Source: Auanema rhodensis (Eukaryota > Animalia > Nematoda). Taken from it: 64,000 bases of DNA. Location of the stretch: contig OZ059894.1 of the NCBI GenBank assembly GCA_964057225.1, forward strand, positions 9,548,001-9,612,000, read 5' to 3'. Each line of letters begins with the position of its first letter. Positions within the stretch are counted from its first letter, which is position 1. Positions 25,550-38,480 of the stretch are shown one piece after another. Below the pieces are notes generated by a model, which searched no databases, was not told where the DNA came from, and saw nothing but the letters and a program-made list of their open reading frames with translations. The translations under genes and the position numbers were made by a program.

Positions 25550-25621
25550 TGCCCCCAGGCGGGATCGAACCACCGACCTTTGGTTTACAAGACCAACGCT
25601 CTACCACTGAGCTATAAGGGC
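25550..25621 (-). tRNA. tRNA-Thr(TGT)
   Basis: Reverse complement GCCCTTATAGCTCAGTGGTAGAGCG TTGGT CT TGT AA ACCAA AGGTCGGTGGTTCGATCCCGCCTGGGGGCA. Confidence 0.95.
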
Positions 25622-26586
25622 TACGTGTTTGTCAGGCAGTAACCTACAGATGACCACAGTTGCACTGATCACACCTTACCATCCAAGATACAATACATAT
25701 TAGGATTATAAAACGTATTAAAAGCATTAAAAGTATCGGAAATAGAAAATAACAAGTTAGGTGGCTGTTTATGCAGACAACCGTGCAGCTGGATTCTATT
25801 GAAAGATAAGAGAAAAATTAGCCAAACATGTCAACGTCATCTGAAAACATTCAGAAGAAGTGCGAAAACTTGCGAATCAGCAGAATTATTTCATGAAATA
25901 TGCTGTAACATGAGGAGCATTTCACTTTATATATAATTCAAATTGTTTATATTTGAATGAACAAGTTCTAAAATCAGATGATCTTGATGAAAATATGAAA
26001 TTATTTTCAGTAAAACAACCTATTTACAACTTGTTAGCCAAAAATGCTGTGAAATAAAACGGGAAGTAAAGTACTAGCTGTATAAGAAGTTTGGTCAGCT
26101 TCATCAACAATTAATAAGAAACTCAAGAAAGGAAGTTAAAAAGTGATATTAAGAGAAAAGTTAAAAGAATTTTCTCATATGAATTGGTAAGTAAAACTTA
26201 AACTGAAATGAAGTTGAAGTTGGTTTTTCAAAAACAGAAATGAAGAAGGAATTGATTATTGGTCTCTTAAATTTACAGACTTTTTTCTGTTTCTGCTATA
26301 AATCCTATTAAGTACATAGAGAGCGAGGGATTAGTTGTAGCTGGTGACACACTTGATGTACCATCTGACCGTATGAGGTAATAAGGGGTTGAATCGTATG
26401 AATACAAAGGCAATATGATCCAAATTAGGGAGTAAAGTGAGGGTAAGATGAGCAAGTGAAGAGGAGCTATAGCTAGCTATCGATGTCAACATATGCTCTC
26501 TCTGATAGAAACAAGGGTGAGCTTTTGGAAGAAGAATAAGACGATTATGAAGAAGAGTTATAGATGAGAGCATTGGAAAGGAAATG

Positions 26587-26591
<5 letters not shown>

Positions 26592-26634
<43 letters not shown>
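26592..26634. repeat. (GA)n microsatellite
   Basis: Perfect dinucleotide run. Confidence 0.95.
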
Positions 26635-26638
<4 letters not shown>

Positions 26639-29004
26639 AAAGTGAGCAGCCAGCGAAGAGAAGTAAGCAGAGAAAAGAGAAAAGAAATGGCGAGAATGGT
26701 GACAAGAAAGCTAGAGAATAGTTGGCCGGATGAAGATATGCAAAGGAAATACTATTAAGAAGTATGCTGGGTCAGAGAAATTGACCCCGACATTCGGGTG
26801 ACAACACTGCCGTTAGGAAGGCATTGTGAGCACTGGCTACTTAGAACACCTGAGTAGAGCACGTTTGTTTACAAGGCAATCCCTCTGTCTATCGTCCGTT
26901 CTTTCACCAATCATCTCTATTGAGCGGAATAATCGCTTCGGCAATGCCTAAGAAGAGACACAAGGAAAATAGACACCACAGGAATATAAGTAAGTAAGTA
27001 GTAAGTGAGAATGAGTATATCTATGGATGTGATCCAAAAATTGGCACACACCTTCATTCATTTGCGATATTTACTGAGATATAATGCTGTATCTTTCGAT
27101 CCATCCAGCACATAGTTAATTCAAAATATATTTAGAAATAGATATTATACATATAGTTGCTGAATAATAAATTCATTTGATGTTCTTACATTTTCACTAA
27201 ACGGAAGCAATTTTCGCAAGGAAATAGCATGAATTCCCACGACTCTCATATGTGCTTATCAACTTCCAAAATGACCGAGGAAATCCCATGACATTTCAAG
27301 CATAATGTTCCATTAACAATACAAATTGGCATTTTTTCAATGAAAATCAGTCAAAAGTATAAAGATGTAAAAGAGAAAAAGAAGAAATAAATATAATAAA
27401 GCAATAAAAATTTGAAGAAAATGAAAACATTGGAAGATAGAGAGATGTGAAAGACGTTCAAATGAATATTTCCGTCACAAAGATACACATGTTTATTCTA
27501 AGAATATCGACATGACCATACAACACATGTATATTATGAAAACAATGAATTAAGTGGATGGAGAATTTGGTTAAACAGGGGGAGAACTATGACTAAGTAG
27601 CATGGTTGAATGGCTTGCTCGAACGCAGTCGAGAGACGACGTGCATGCCAATGAAAACATGCAGAGTACTTGCTGTGGGCTGGTGAGATGGCGGAGAGAA
27701 GGAGGCACACAACGAGGCGAGGAAATTAAAGAAACAGAAGAAATGCTAGTTGGCTAGTTTTGCAAGTATGTGTGGTCATTCTTTCTTCCCATGGGTAAAA
27801 GAATTCAGCAATTTTCAGAGGCGACACGAAGCTTCATAAAGCTGAAGTATGTCGTTTGGCTAATGAAAAGATCTTCAATTTAGATGACTGCAATACTTAG
27901 TGGAAGATGTTGAGAAGTATTGCCTTTTAAGCTTAGCAGATAGTTTCGGTGTAGGCCTGGCAGCATGATAGTTGGTGAAATACGAAAAGCCTTGCTAGAA
28001 GCTCAGAGCATTTATCTTGGATACAAATGAAAAAAGCCAACAACGAAATAGCAGGAACACATTAGCATAACGTGGATTTATTCTGATCAATATGAAAGCA
28101 TGAAGCATTAGATGCAACCCAACAACCAACGTCAAACCGACCGGCCGACCTAGCCGTAGAGGCTTGTCTGACTGGCTAGAGCTGGCGTTTCTGCCGCTGT
28201 TGAGCTGCTTCTTTCTTAAACTAGATGGCGCTTAGTCATTTCTATTCTTCAAATGTCTTCTCTTAAGGGCACGTTCTTCTTCACCATTTGGAGCTTTGTC
28301 GTTTTTTCTCCGCCTTCCGCCCTTTCAACTATTGCACATTTCAGGCTGTACTTCAATACACAGACGCCTCAGGGGGTCAATGTGCAAGCCATTGTTAAAG
28401 CTTGTTGTCAAGATTGTATACTTTAAAACTTGAATTTATCCATCAAACTCATAACTGCTCTTCAGGAGCATTGTGTTGAAATATGCATTTACCCACATAA
28501 GTAAGTGCATCGAGTGTACTATGTAAAGGATTTTTCTTAAAAATCAGCAAAAAAAAAGAAAAAAAAAGTTTTAAACAAACTATTTTATAAATCTGAGCTT
28601 TGTTAAGCTCAGAAAATTTAAAAGCTATAAGAAATATAAAATATAGTTATAATACTTTCAATATTTACTAATAATATGTAAATTATTGCTAATTTATATG
28701 TTATAAACATTCAAGATTATATTATGAACTTGCATAATCCTTCCTCATAAAGCACATCAAAAGCTAATCTTCATCGTCTATTTATATGAAAATATAAATT
28801 CATTTTTCTAATTTATATGTATATATAACTAATTAACTATGAAACTTTAGCATCAATTGAGCTTTCGTTAAGCTTAATATTCAGCTTTCACGATGAGAAG
28901 TCGAATTGTTAATCCATTTTTAATTTGAAATTATTTTATTATTGTGAGAAGTTTATTAATTGTTTCAATCTAGTTAGACAAAGTGCATGAGTAACTTTCA
29001 GAAT

Positions 29005-29951
29005 CTATCCGCTGCAGCGGCCGCATGTCTTGGGGCATTGCTCCGTCATGAGTTGCATGTAGTTGGACTGATTGCAAAGATAAGCGCTTCCTGGACAATC
29101 GGATTTTCCTGTTTTGGGGTTAATCTTATCAACACAGCCTTCAATGAAATTTAGTGTTGATGTTAAATCACATGATGATATGTACTTGTGGTTGGTGGCT
29201 TGACGGTTCCGGTTCCTGTTCCGGAGCAACGGTTACAGGTCTTTGGGCATTGTGTCGTCATAAGGTCGAAGTAGATGGGATCATTACAGAGGTTAGTTCT
29301 ATTTGGACAATCAGATCTTCCTGTCTGAGGATTAAGCTTATCAACGCATCCTATTGAAATATTATAAATTTAATTGAATATACGATATTTTTGGTTCATA
29401 CCAGTTGGAGGAGCAGAAGTTACACCTCCACAGGTTCCACATGTTTTTCCACATTGCTCGCTCATAAGCTTCTTATATAGAGAATCAGTACATAGATAAG
29501 TCAATTTGCTACAATCAGTTTGATCGACACATGCTGAAACAAAACATATTTAGAAACTAGCTAAGAAACCTCAAAAGACGTACGGGCAGAAGTAGCGGCA
29601 CGGGTTGTAGGGTTGTTAGGTGCTGTTGTTGGAGCAGCAGGAGTAGTAGGATTGATCTGAATCAGTAAAGATAATGAACGTATGTAGCTTTATAAAAAAC
29701 TTCGTCATTGCTGCAGCAAATCTCATCATTGGTACCAAGATTGATGCAAGTCATAGTAGCTGCATCAGGACAACCTCCCATGACGCATGCTACAAAATAC
29801 ATTTTAATAATAGTTTGAGAAAGAAAACTAGAAACTATGAAAAAAAATTAAAACATCACTAACGTCCGAATCCTCCTGGAGTCAGGCATACATCAGCAGC
29901 CAACGTAACAGCAACAATACCGAGGAAGTAACAAGTTTTAGCAATCATCAT
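29005..29951 (-). CDS. Secreted protein with N-terminal Cys module, Thr/Pro linker and three ShKT domains
   Basis: Signal peptide MMIAKTCYFLGIVAVTLA; three CVD...DC...LC...M..QC.KTC..C repeats; six exons. TATA-like TATATAAAG about 40 bp upstream. Confidence 0.92.
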
Positions 29952-31095
29952 TAAGTGATTTACAAATGAAATTCATTTTGAATTTCTTTATATATAGTTA
30001 TCTGAATTGAAATATATTCAAACGAATATCAGCTGTACATATAAATGAGCATAAAGAGGAAGAACAGTGCTACTCTTTGTTACATGTTGCCATGTTTGGA
30101 TGTTATACCCTACAAGCTAAGCCAAATAGATAAGACTGTCTCTCTAATATTAGTCACATATTTGATTTCGTAGGAAAGATATGTAGAGAGTGGGTGGCTT
30201 TTTCCTTTTTTTGATATTAAAAACTTTGCGAGATCATGTTTCGAATAATAGAAACAAATTTTTTTTATTATAATATCTTGATTGAAAGCGTAATAAATGT
30301 TCGTACATTCGTATGTTGCTATACATAGTAGAAGCTCATTGTTTTCAGATTTTGAATTGCAAAATCAAATGTTGCATCTGATACTTGTGTATCTCGTATA
30401 TCTCATACTTATAGCTTATGGCTTGTTCTTTAAGCTTGATCTATATCATGCTCCTTAATCTTGTACTTTCATGTTTGATCTTTAATTGGAAGCTTAATCT
30501 CGACCATCATGTATACTCGAAGCTTAATCTTGAATTCTATGCTTGAGTTGTACAATGAAATTTCATCTAAACTGCATTATCTGCTGTTCTACGTTGAATC
30601 ATTATTTTCAATCTAATCTTTATAATTCAGAAAAGAAATATAACAACGACATCATTTGATTTGTAAAAATTTATTCTTCGACTACCCATATTCATGGATT
30701 TCTGCTGGCATCTTAATGATTGTATTAAGTCATATAGAAGAAAAAAAAGAAACAATGATATGATAATATGACAAAAGAAAACAAAATAATCATTAAAAGG
30801 CGACCCGTAGTTTGTTGTTGTTGTTGTTGTTTTTTTTAAATAAAAGGAAAATTAAACAAAAATATTTCTCATGTATAGAGGAGTACAAGCAGTTGGCACG
30901 GTCTGATGACAAGTTATAGAATAAGATATCTAAGTTTGATATACATAATCATAACTATATAATATGGTTAGATGAAAACCTGATTCAAGAATTCCATAAC
31001 AGTTTTTGAGAACAATTATGTGAATGAGTGACAGAAAAAAGAAAAGAAGGAGAGAGAAAGAACTTAAAGTAGAAAAAAACGTTGTAAATACTAAG

Positions 31096-34000
31096 TTAGC
31101 CTTGTTCACGACACACTTTTTGTGGTGACGGTTGAGATTTTTCTGAAAAATAGACATAGAGGATTCAGAATATGGAAGCTGCTAAGTAATTTACCATTAT
31201 CTACATCTCGAGATACTAAGTTGTCGTCACTATTCTTATCAGATTCCATAGTTACACAACTTTCTGTGCGTTTTTGCTCCGGTAATGCTACAACTTCTGG
31301 TTGAACGAAGTCAGATGAGCAAACAACCTGAAAGAGTATGAGATTTAAATATAGAATAGACATCTGAATAGACGTACCGTTAATAGAAGAGCTGGTAAGA
31401 AGATGATTCCATGTAATAATCCTAACAGTATAACAAGCCAAATAGTTTTCACGAATACAAGTACCATATACGAATCAATAAATAACAATGGAGAAACACA
31501 GAAAATAGTTGAAACTCCAGCCTGAATCATTGGCCATCCAATTGATCTGAATAATTGAAAAATAAACTTTTGAACGATTTTAAAACTTTCTATATACCTT
31601 AAAGCATCTGCTAAACGTTCGTCTGTTGTCCATGTTCTAGGATTACGGTAATAGTGATAACTGATATGAGCTGAAAATTAAAATTTACCTGCAATTTATA
31701 TATTTTTCAAATAAAATACCTGTGAAATCTACAGAAAATCCTATACTCATGAGAGTTGTACACATAGTTATAGGGTCTAAGTTAACACTCCAGACAGATA
31801 ATAATCCAAATACACCAATATTAATAGATAACATAGCCAATGAACTAAGAATATATGTTAAAAACTTAATTAAGTTGTATAGATTACCTTGTAATAATAG
31901 ATGAAGCATGAGGAATCATTAAGAAACAAGCTAAATCCATAGTAATAGCTGCAACAACTACAGTTGATAAGGTATTTCCTTTGATGGAATCAAGCTGATC
32001 AACATAGAATGAATATCCCTAAACAATCAAATTACTTTTAAACAAATTTACTTTCTGAAAATACCTGAAAAACTGTAACATTGAAGTGATCATATTCATG
32101 TGCTAATCCTCTCCAAGAATGTTGAAGCTTGGCACGTGTGAGCCAACTAGCATCTTTGCCCATAGCACAAGCGGTAGCAAACATGAATCTACAAATGTAT
32201 TTCATGTTTCATCAAATATAAAAGAGAGAAAAAATCCATTAATGATCACAACGTACTTATTTACTCCAGTTACTTCGTTCTGTTCATCGCGCTCCAATCG
32301 AATCATGTCATTCCAACGAGCTCCACCATTTTCTGGATCCTGTAAGCAGTAAATCAGAACTCTTTCCTTATTATCAATACACTTACAGATAACCAAGTAT
32401 CAATCAGTTTATAGAAACCATTTTCATTATGATATAAAGCACTTTGATATAAGAATGATCTTAACCAAAATGATGTCGAATTGCGACCCATGGAATACGG
32501 TAGTTTCTCGAATCGATCAACCAGTTCAAACATAGCTTGTTGATTATGTTCAATTGATAAATCAGGTGGAGAATTGACAAACACAAGGACCTAAAAGATG
32601 AAAACATTTCTTTGAAACATCAATAGATTGCTCACCAATTGTCCTTCACTCCATAAATATTTTTCATAAACATGAGCAACATTATGAAGAGGACTATCCT
32701 TCATAACAAGATTAGTTGTATCCATTTTCACTTCCATATTCATACATCCATACAATGATGCTGACCAGTATACCATCATAATAAGTAGTAGACCAACACG
32801 TGTCTTTAAAATTTACATATAATTAATATAATATCTAAAGAAGCTTTAGTCTAAGCTAATAGTACCTGCCACATCTTTAAGAAACGACAATATTTAGATA
32901 CAATTCCATTTCTTATAGCTGGAGCTTGGGATAAACTTTGAATAGAGGGTTGAGCAGATAACTTAAATATAATGTTATGATAATTATTAAAGTTTGTTGT
33001 CAAGTTTGTTGTTATTTATTCATTATGCTTCATGTTTTAAAACTTTTTCTCTACTTACAGCCATTTTCTTAGGTATAGCATCTTCAATAGGTGGCTTCTC
33101 ACTAGTTTCTAATAATCGCTTTTCCTCATATACAAGTGCGGCAACAAAGAATGTAAGCTGAAATATTTTGTTTGTTTTATATAATTTGTTGAATAAATAT
33201 ATGATAAGAAGAGTATGAATGGTAGAGAAGCATACTTGATAGATGAAATCAACTGTTACTCCAACAGCTGTGTACAGACAGAAGATTGAAATAGCTGGAG
33301 TCGGTGTTAAAACTCCTGTAAAACATAATGATGTAATGATTTACTTTTTGCTCTTACCAATGCCAAATGAAAGTATATTGGTCGCTGATGTGACTGTAAT
33401 TGATGGACCAGCTTCTTCCATTGTTTCAGCTGGAAATGCAATCGAATGATTCATGATAATAATGCTACACAATGCATAATTGACAAAGAGAAAGTTCGTA
33501 ACAGGAGTACTATGAAACAAAAATTAAGTCCACACGTACCGATTTGATGTTCAAGTCCCTTTCTCTTATCAGTTTTTCTCATGGCATGAATGATGATGAA
33601 TACATCATCAGATCCAACTCCAATAATAAGGAAAGGCATAACGAGTGTAATTGAGTTGAATGGATATCCAAACAAGAATAAAAGACAGAATCTGAGAATA
33701 GGAATCAGCTTATTACATGGAAAGACATCGCAGCAACTCACGTTGTACCTACAGCCATCAGTGGTCCCATGATTCCAAGTAAAGCCATTACAACCGAGTG
33801 AGCCATTTGAAAATGCTCACGACGATTAGTAATGAGAATGAAGCAGAAGACAAATGCGACAGAAAATGAGAAATACGGAACACAAGCAACACCATTTGCT
33901 CGAACCTCAAGTGATTGCAAAGTTAATAAGATTTGAATGAACTAATAACATACTTCTTTTGCTATCATAGCATCACTATTCAAAGTAATATTCAATATAG

Positions 34001-37000
34001 GATGTTGGAAGTGTTCAACATAATCAAATAGCTTATATTCCCATCTATAAATTAATTAAACAGGTCAAATGAACAGCAAATCATCCAATTAAAATAGAAA
34101 ATCAGAAGTGAGATCTAACAAACCTAGCCAAAGTATTAGCTATATCTTCAGTTTGACGATCAGTACGGAAATACAAAACAACCACAGTAACAGATGATAT
34201 TCTGAAATCGTATGAAATGAAAAGTGATGTTTTCAAAAAAAAATTTTGTTTCATATACATGCAACCGCTTACGTATCTTCTAAAATGGAAAATGAATGAA
34301 TTTCGTATGCAAATGTTTCACGTTTTTCACGTAATACGTGTAAATTTCTTACGTTTCATTCATGAAACAATCATAATATTTGAAATGAAAATGAATAATT
34401 CGATTAAAAAAGTTAAATAACATCGAAATTTCAAGAAAATCAAAAAGAAAGTCACTTACACATTGGTTTTGTTATCAATTTGGACTCCACCAAAATGCTC
34501 TCCAACATAATATTCATCATTATATAGATGCATAGTAGGAAAAGTTAGACGGAAATTAGGATGAAGCCTTGATGAAGCATTTCGATAAATCAAATTAAAC
34601 AATGGAATCACCTAGAAATATGTATTGGTAACTATATGAACTAATGATATTATATTTCTTACTTGATTTTCATTACAACTACTTCCAGAGCAGAGATCAT
34701 CAAAAGAACAATCATTTTTATTCTTTACATTACAATCTATAGTAAAGTTATATTGTAGATATTCAGCTAATGATACAACTTCATCAAAATGATCTTGACG
34801 AAGCAAATTTTTTAAATCTTTTGCTGTTATAGTAACCTGAAAACAGACAAATTTTAATATAAGATGTTGCATTCAATGCTTTTAAATTTTCTTCAAGATC
34901 CTAAAATTCTCAAAAACTTTAATAAAATTATACCCCGTACGACGAATAATTGTCTTTTCATTCTAAGCGAAAGCAAAATTGCAGTAGCTTATTTTAGATT
35001 TTTTATCCTACCGGTGTATCGAGTTCAAAGGAAAGGGGGATCAGGATGTCAAACCGGTCCAGGCTTGATTGTACTAAGGAAACCTTTACTATACCTTTCT
35101 TCTTTTCTCTTCTCTCAATCATATACTATCTTTATCTCTCTCTTTTCATAATATACACGGATCGTACGTATTAATCCGTCCTAAGACCTATTCACCCTCC
35201 GGCTATTAGCTCATGTTTCTTGCATGATGTACGCCACTGTACATGTATATGCATGTATTCAAGTGAAGATTAAGGCTTAGACAATGCCGTTACTGTCATC
35301 CTGCCAGATACAATGAATTTTGATGAAAAATCAAGTTTTTTAATATATTTTGTCCGAAAGAGTGACATCAGTCATATCTAAGCAGGTTTAAACTTTTAAT
35401 TTTTGGAAAAAAAAGTTTAATCCATGGCCAGTTAGAAAGCAAACATTTGGTCAAAAAACTGTTTCAAATGCATATATGCCATTACCTCCAACCAGAATTT
35501 TCCTCCTCGATCATTGAAGAATTCATTTGCTACAGCATGCTCATAATGAGAATCAGCTCCAGAGGGACTGAAGAAACGATCGGATAAGCTTGTTCAGTGA
35601 TTTTTGGCTAATCTACCTGTATAGATACCAGATTCGATTTTCTTCATGAAATCTGAGTAGTCCAAGCGCTGATGCAGCCGTCAGAAGAATTGGCAGCCAG
35701 AAGAATGGGCCTGGATATCTGTAAGAAAATATTCTTCTACATCTAATCGTATTGACAATTATGAAAGTTTTATATAAAAACCTAACTATTACGATCTACT
35801 TATATGATAATTTTGATTGAAAATCCGATATGTCAAGCGAAAAACGAACTTTAATTCTAAACTTATATTGATTCAAAAATCGGAATCGAGAGAATATCTA
35901 ATACAAGAACTGAATGATTGAGATGTGAACGAGTTGATCCCCTTTTTCTGGATTGCTTCTGAAGAGGTTGATATATGCCGAAGAAATACGAGAGGCACCT
36001 CATAGTAATAGCATGTATTCACAATAATTCTGCTGGTTTGTCTATGTTCTAGTCTTGATTTCTGTCGACTTGCCCATCTCTTCTATCTAACTACCAATCG
36101 ACTATAATCTTTAATTTGAAATATCGAAAGAGCTGCTTTCACGTATTGAGAAAGGCCTTTTTCAAATGTTTTTCAAGCTATTTCAAATGACCTTGAAGTG
36201 AGCAATAGACAGTCAGTCAGGTACGGAAGCGATTAAAGCGGATATGTCTTCGCTTTCCATCTCCACCATCTTCAATGTCTTTTTTCTTTGTTTCTGAGAG
36301 CGTGTCGCTTTCTCTCTCATTCTCTCTTTCTCTCACTCTCTATCTTCATATCTGGCATATACACACATTACTTTCTTTTCCTTCTCTATTTCTTTATATT
36401 CTCTTCACCTCGTTCATCTGACGTTTGTTGCTAATTTAATCTATTGTTCCAACTGCCGATTAGCTTAGGGGGGGGGGGGGGAAGAGAGGGGGAGTTGGAT
36501 AAGAAACCATTGACGGAAAAATTCTACAGGTGCAGCCACAATTGAAGGAAAAAACAGGTCTGTCCGTAGGGCTATGGCTAAAATTTTATCTCGTCCATTG
36601 GTTAATTCGAGATTCGAAACGGTAAAAGTGAGTAGCCAATTATCTTCTCCCCTCTCTCTTTTGCTTTACCGCCACGAGATAAGAACAAAGTCCCTGACAG
36701 TCTATATCTACATCAAAATTTTGTGAAAAAACAAGCATTTTTCATCATCATATCTCGTACTCTACGATTTCACAAGTTACGGTTTTGATGTCAAACCAAT
36801 TTGATTTCAAATCATATTGGAGGAGAAAGATGAAATAAAAAAAAATTCCTCAAAGATATGCGCTAAGACCTCATGTTCTTCGTCGAGAGACAAGCCAAAT
36901 GATGCATGCGTCATCCGCACTTTCAATGGAATATGGAGAAGTTTTGAATAGAAAAGATGGTAACAGCATTTATGGTCAATGCACAATCGGAATTTTCAGA

Positions 37001-38480
37001 ATACATCATTTGATGAAAATGAGACAAGAATGTAGGTATGCTGGTAGGGAATACAAAGACATTTCTTCCGAATAACACGAGTTTTGAATGCAAAAAGGTG
37101 TCACAGATTGATGATACACGATTCTGAAATAGCCACAGCCGTTTTGCAACGGAAAAAACGTTAACGGTTTCCTTTTAACTGGACAAATATCATATCACAC
37201 TATCCATCCATCTTGCATGTATTCTAGATGTTCAAATCTAAATGCGTATATCATATGGGATTCACAATATATCAAAATCATGGTGGCCTTTCTTCCGAAA
37301 TTCTTTTATGGTAAATAAAAGATGTCATAGCCTGTTCTCATATATGGTGTGGACTAAGCATTCAATAGATATGACTTCTCATCCAGCATATGAGCGAAAC
37401 TCGCTCACTGTCTTTTGCCGCTTTATCGTCATCTAAGGTAGATGACGAACAAAGTTATGATGCAGCTGCTGCTATTGCTGTTCATGCTGTTGCTACTGCT
37501 TCTGCTTCATGTTGTATGAACGGATGCTAGTGGTAGTGTGAAGGATTGGAATGCCCTCCATCATATTCCACTCAAGTGTTATCGCCTATACAGGCTGCAT
37601 GCGCAAGAATGCTATATATGAAAAGGCTAATTGCCATAATTTCAACATTCTAGATGTTCGGATGTATAGATGCATGTGTTTTCAAAAGTAATATATGAAG
37701 ATTCATTCAATTGGACATCTTAAAACGCTCCTTAACTATATGTATTATTCTATTTTCTTACAGAAAAATACATCAAGTAACTTATAAAAGAAACAAGAAG
37801 CATACAAGAAGAAGCTAATGAACGAGAGGCAATGCTGCCTACAAGACATACGACAATCAAAGAAATAAGTCTCTTGTGCCAATTTCAGAATCGATTAACT
37901 ATATTTTTTTTTCAGAAATTTGACGGAACATTGAAATAAGTGTATTCAACCTTCTTTTTAATTATTGATGAGCGACTAAAAGATATTTTCTTGAAAAACT
38001 TGGATAGAACACAAGCCTATATCAGCTTTTTCTTCATCTTCTCTCCGTTTCTCTCGCTCACCCGATCAAGATAGAGAAAAGTTTCAAAAACTACAAGAAA
38101 TTGCTGATTAAGCACAATATTCTCAGTTTTGAACGACAACTCATATCACAGAAAAATATGATAAGCTGTATTAAGTAAAGAGGATTTGGTCGTCAACTTA
38201 ATTTCAAAGCGAAAGTAAGGAGAAGTCATGAACGGGTTCTCTCGGCAAACTAATGAAATCACTAGATTGAACAGGATTTCATAACTAAATGAAAAAAGAC
38301 ATATATGTAGATCAATATTAGGAAGATCAATACGGTAAACAAAATATAAAATATAATAAAAAAAAAGAAAAACAAAGAAAGAAAACGTGCAAAAGCTGGC
38401 TCTTACCTGTATACAAGGACGCCAACGGCTTTGAAAAAACGGCGAATATGCAGAGATATCACATGGCCGGGCGACTTCAT
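31096..38480 (-). CDS. Patched-related (PTR) sterol-sensing-domain / RND membrane protein
   Basis: First exon MKSPGHVISLHIRRFFKAVGVLVYR, then an intron of about 2.7 kb. SSD motif MPFLIIGVGSDDVFII, AGPSITVTSATN, NLDPITMCTTLMSIGFSVDFTAH and GLLHGIIFLP. Exact ptr orthologue not determined. Confidence 0.93.
36468..36492 (+). repeat. G14 homopolymer plus G5 (G-quadruplex-capable)
   Basis: Seen directly in the large first intron of the ptr gene. Confidence 0.85.

Noticed and set aside
37457-37519. MMQLLLLLFMLLLLLLL signal-peptide-like run in ptr intron 1
   Set aside because: Degenerate (GCT)n repeat that stops after 20 codons with no convincing donor site.
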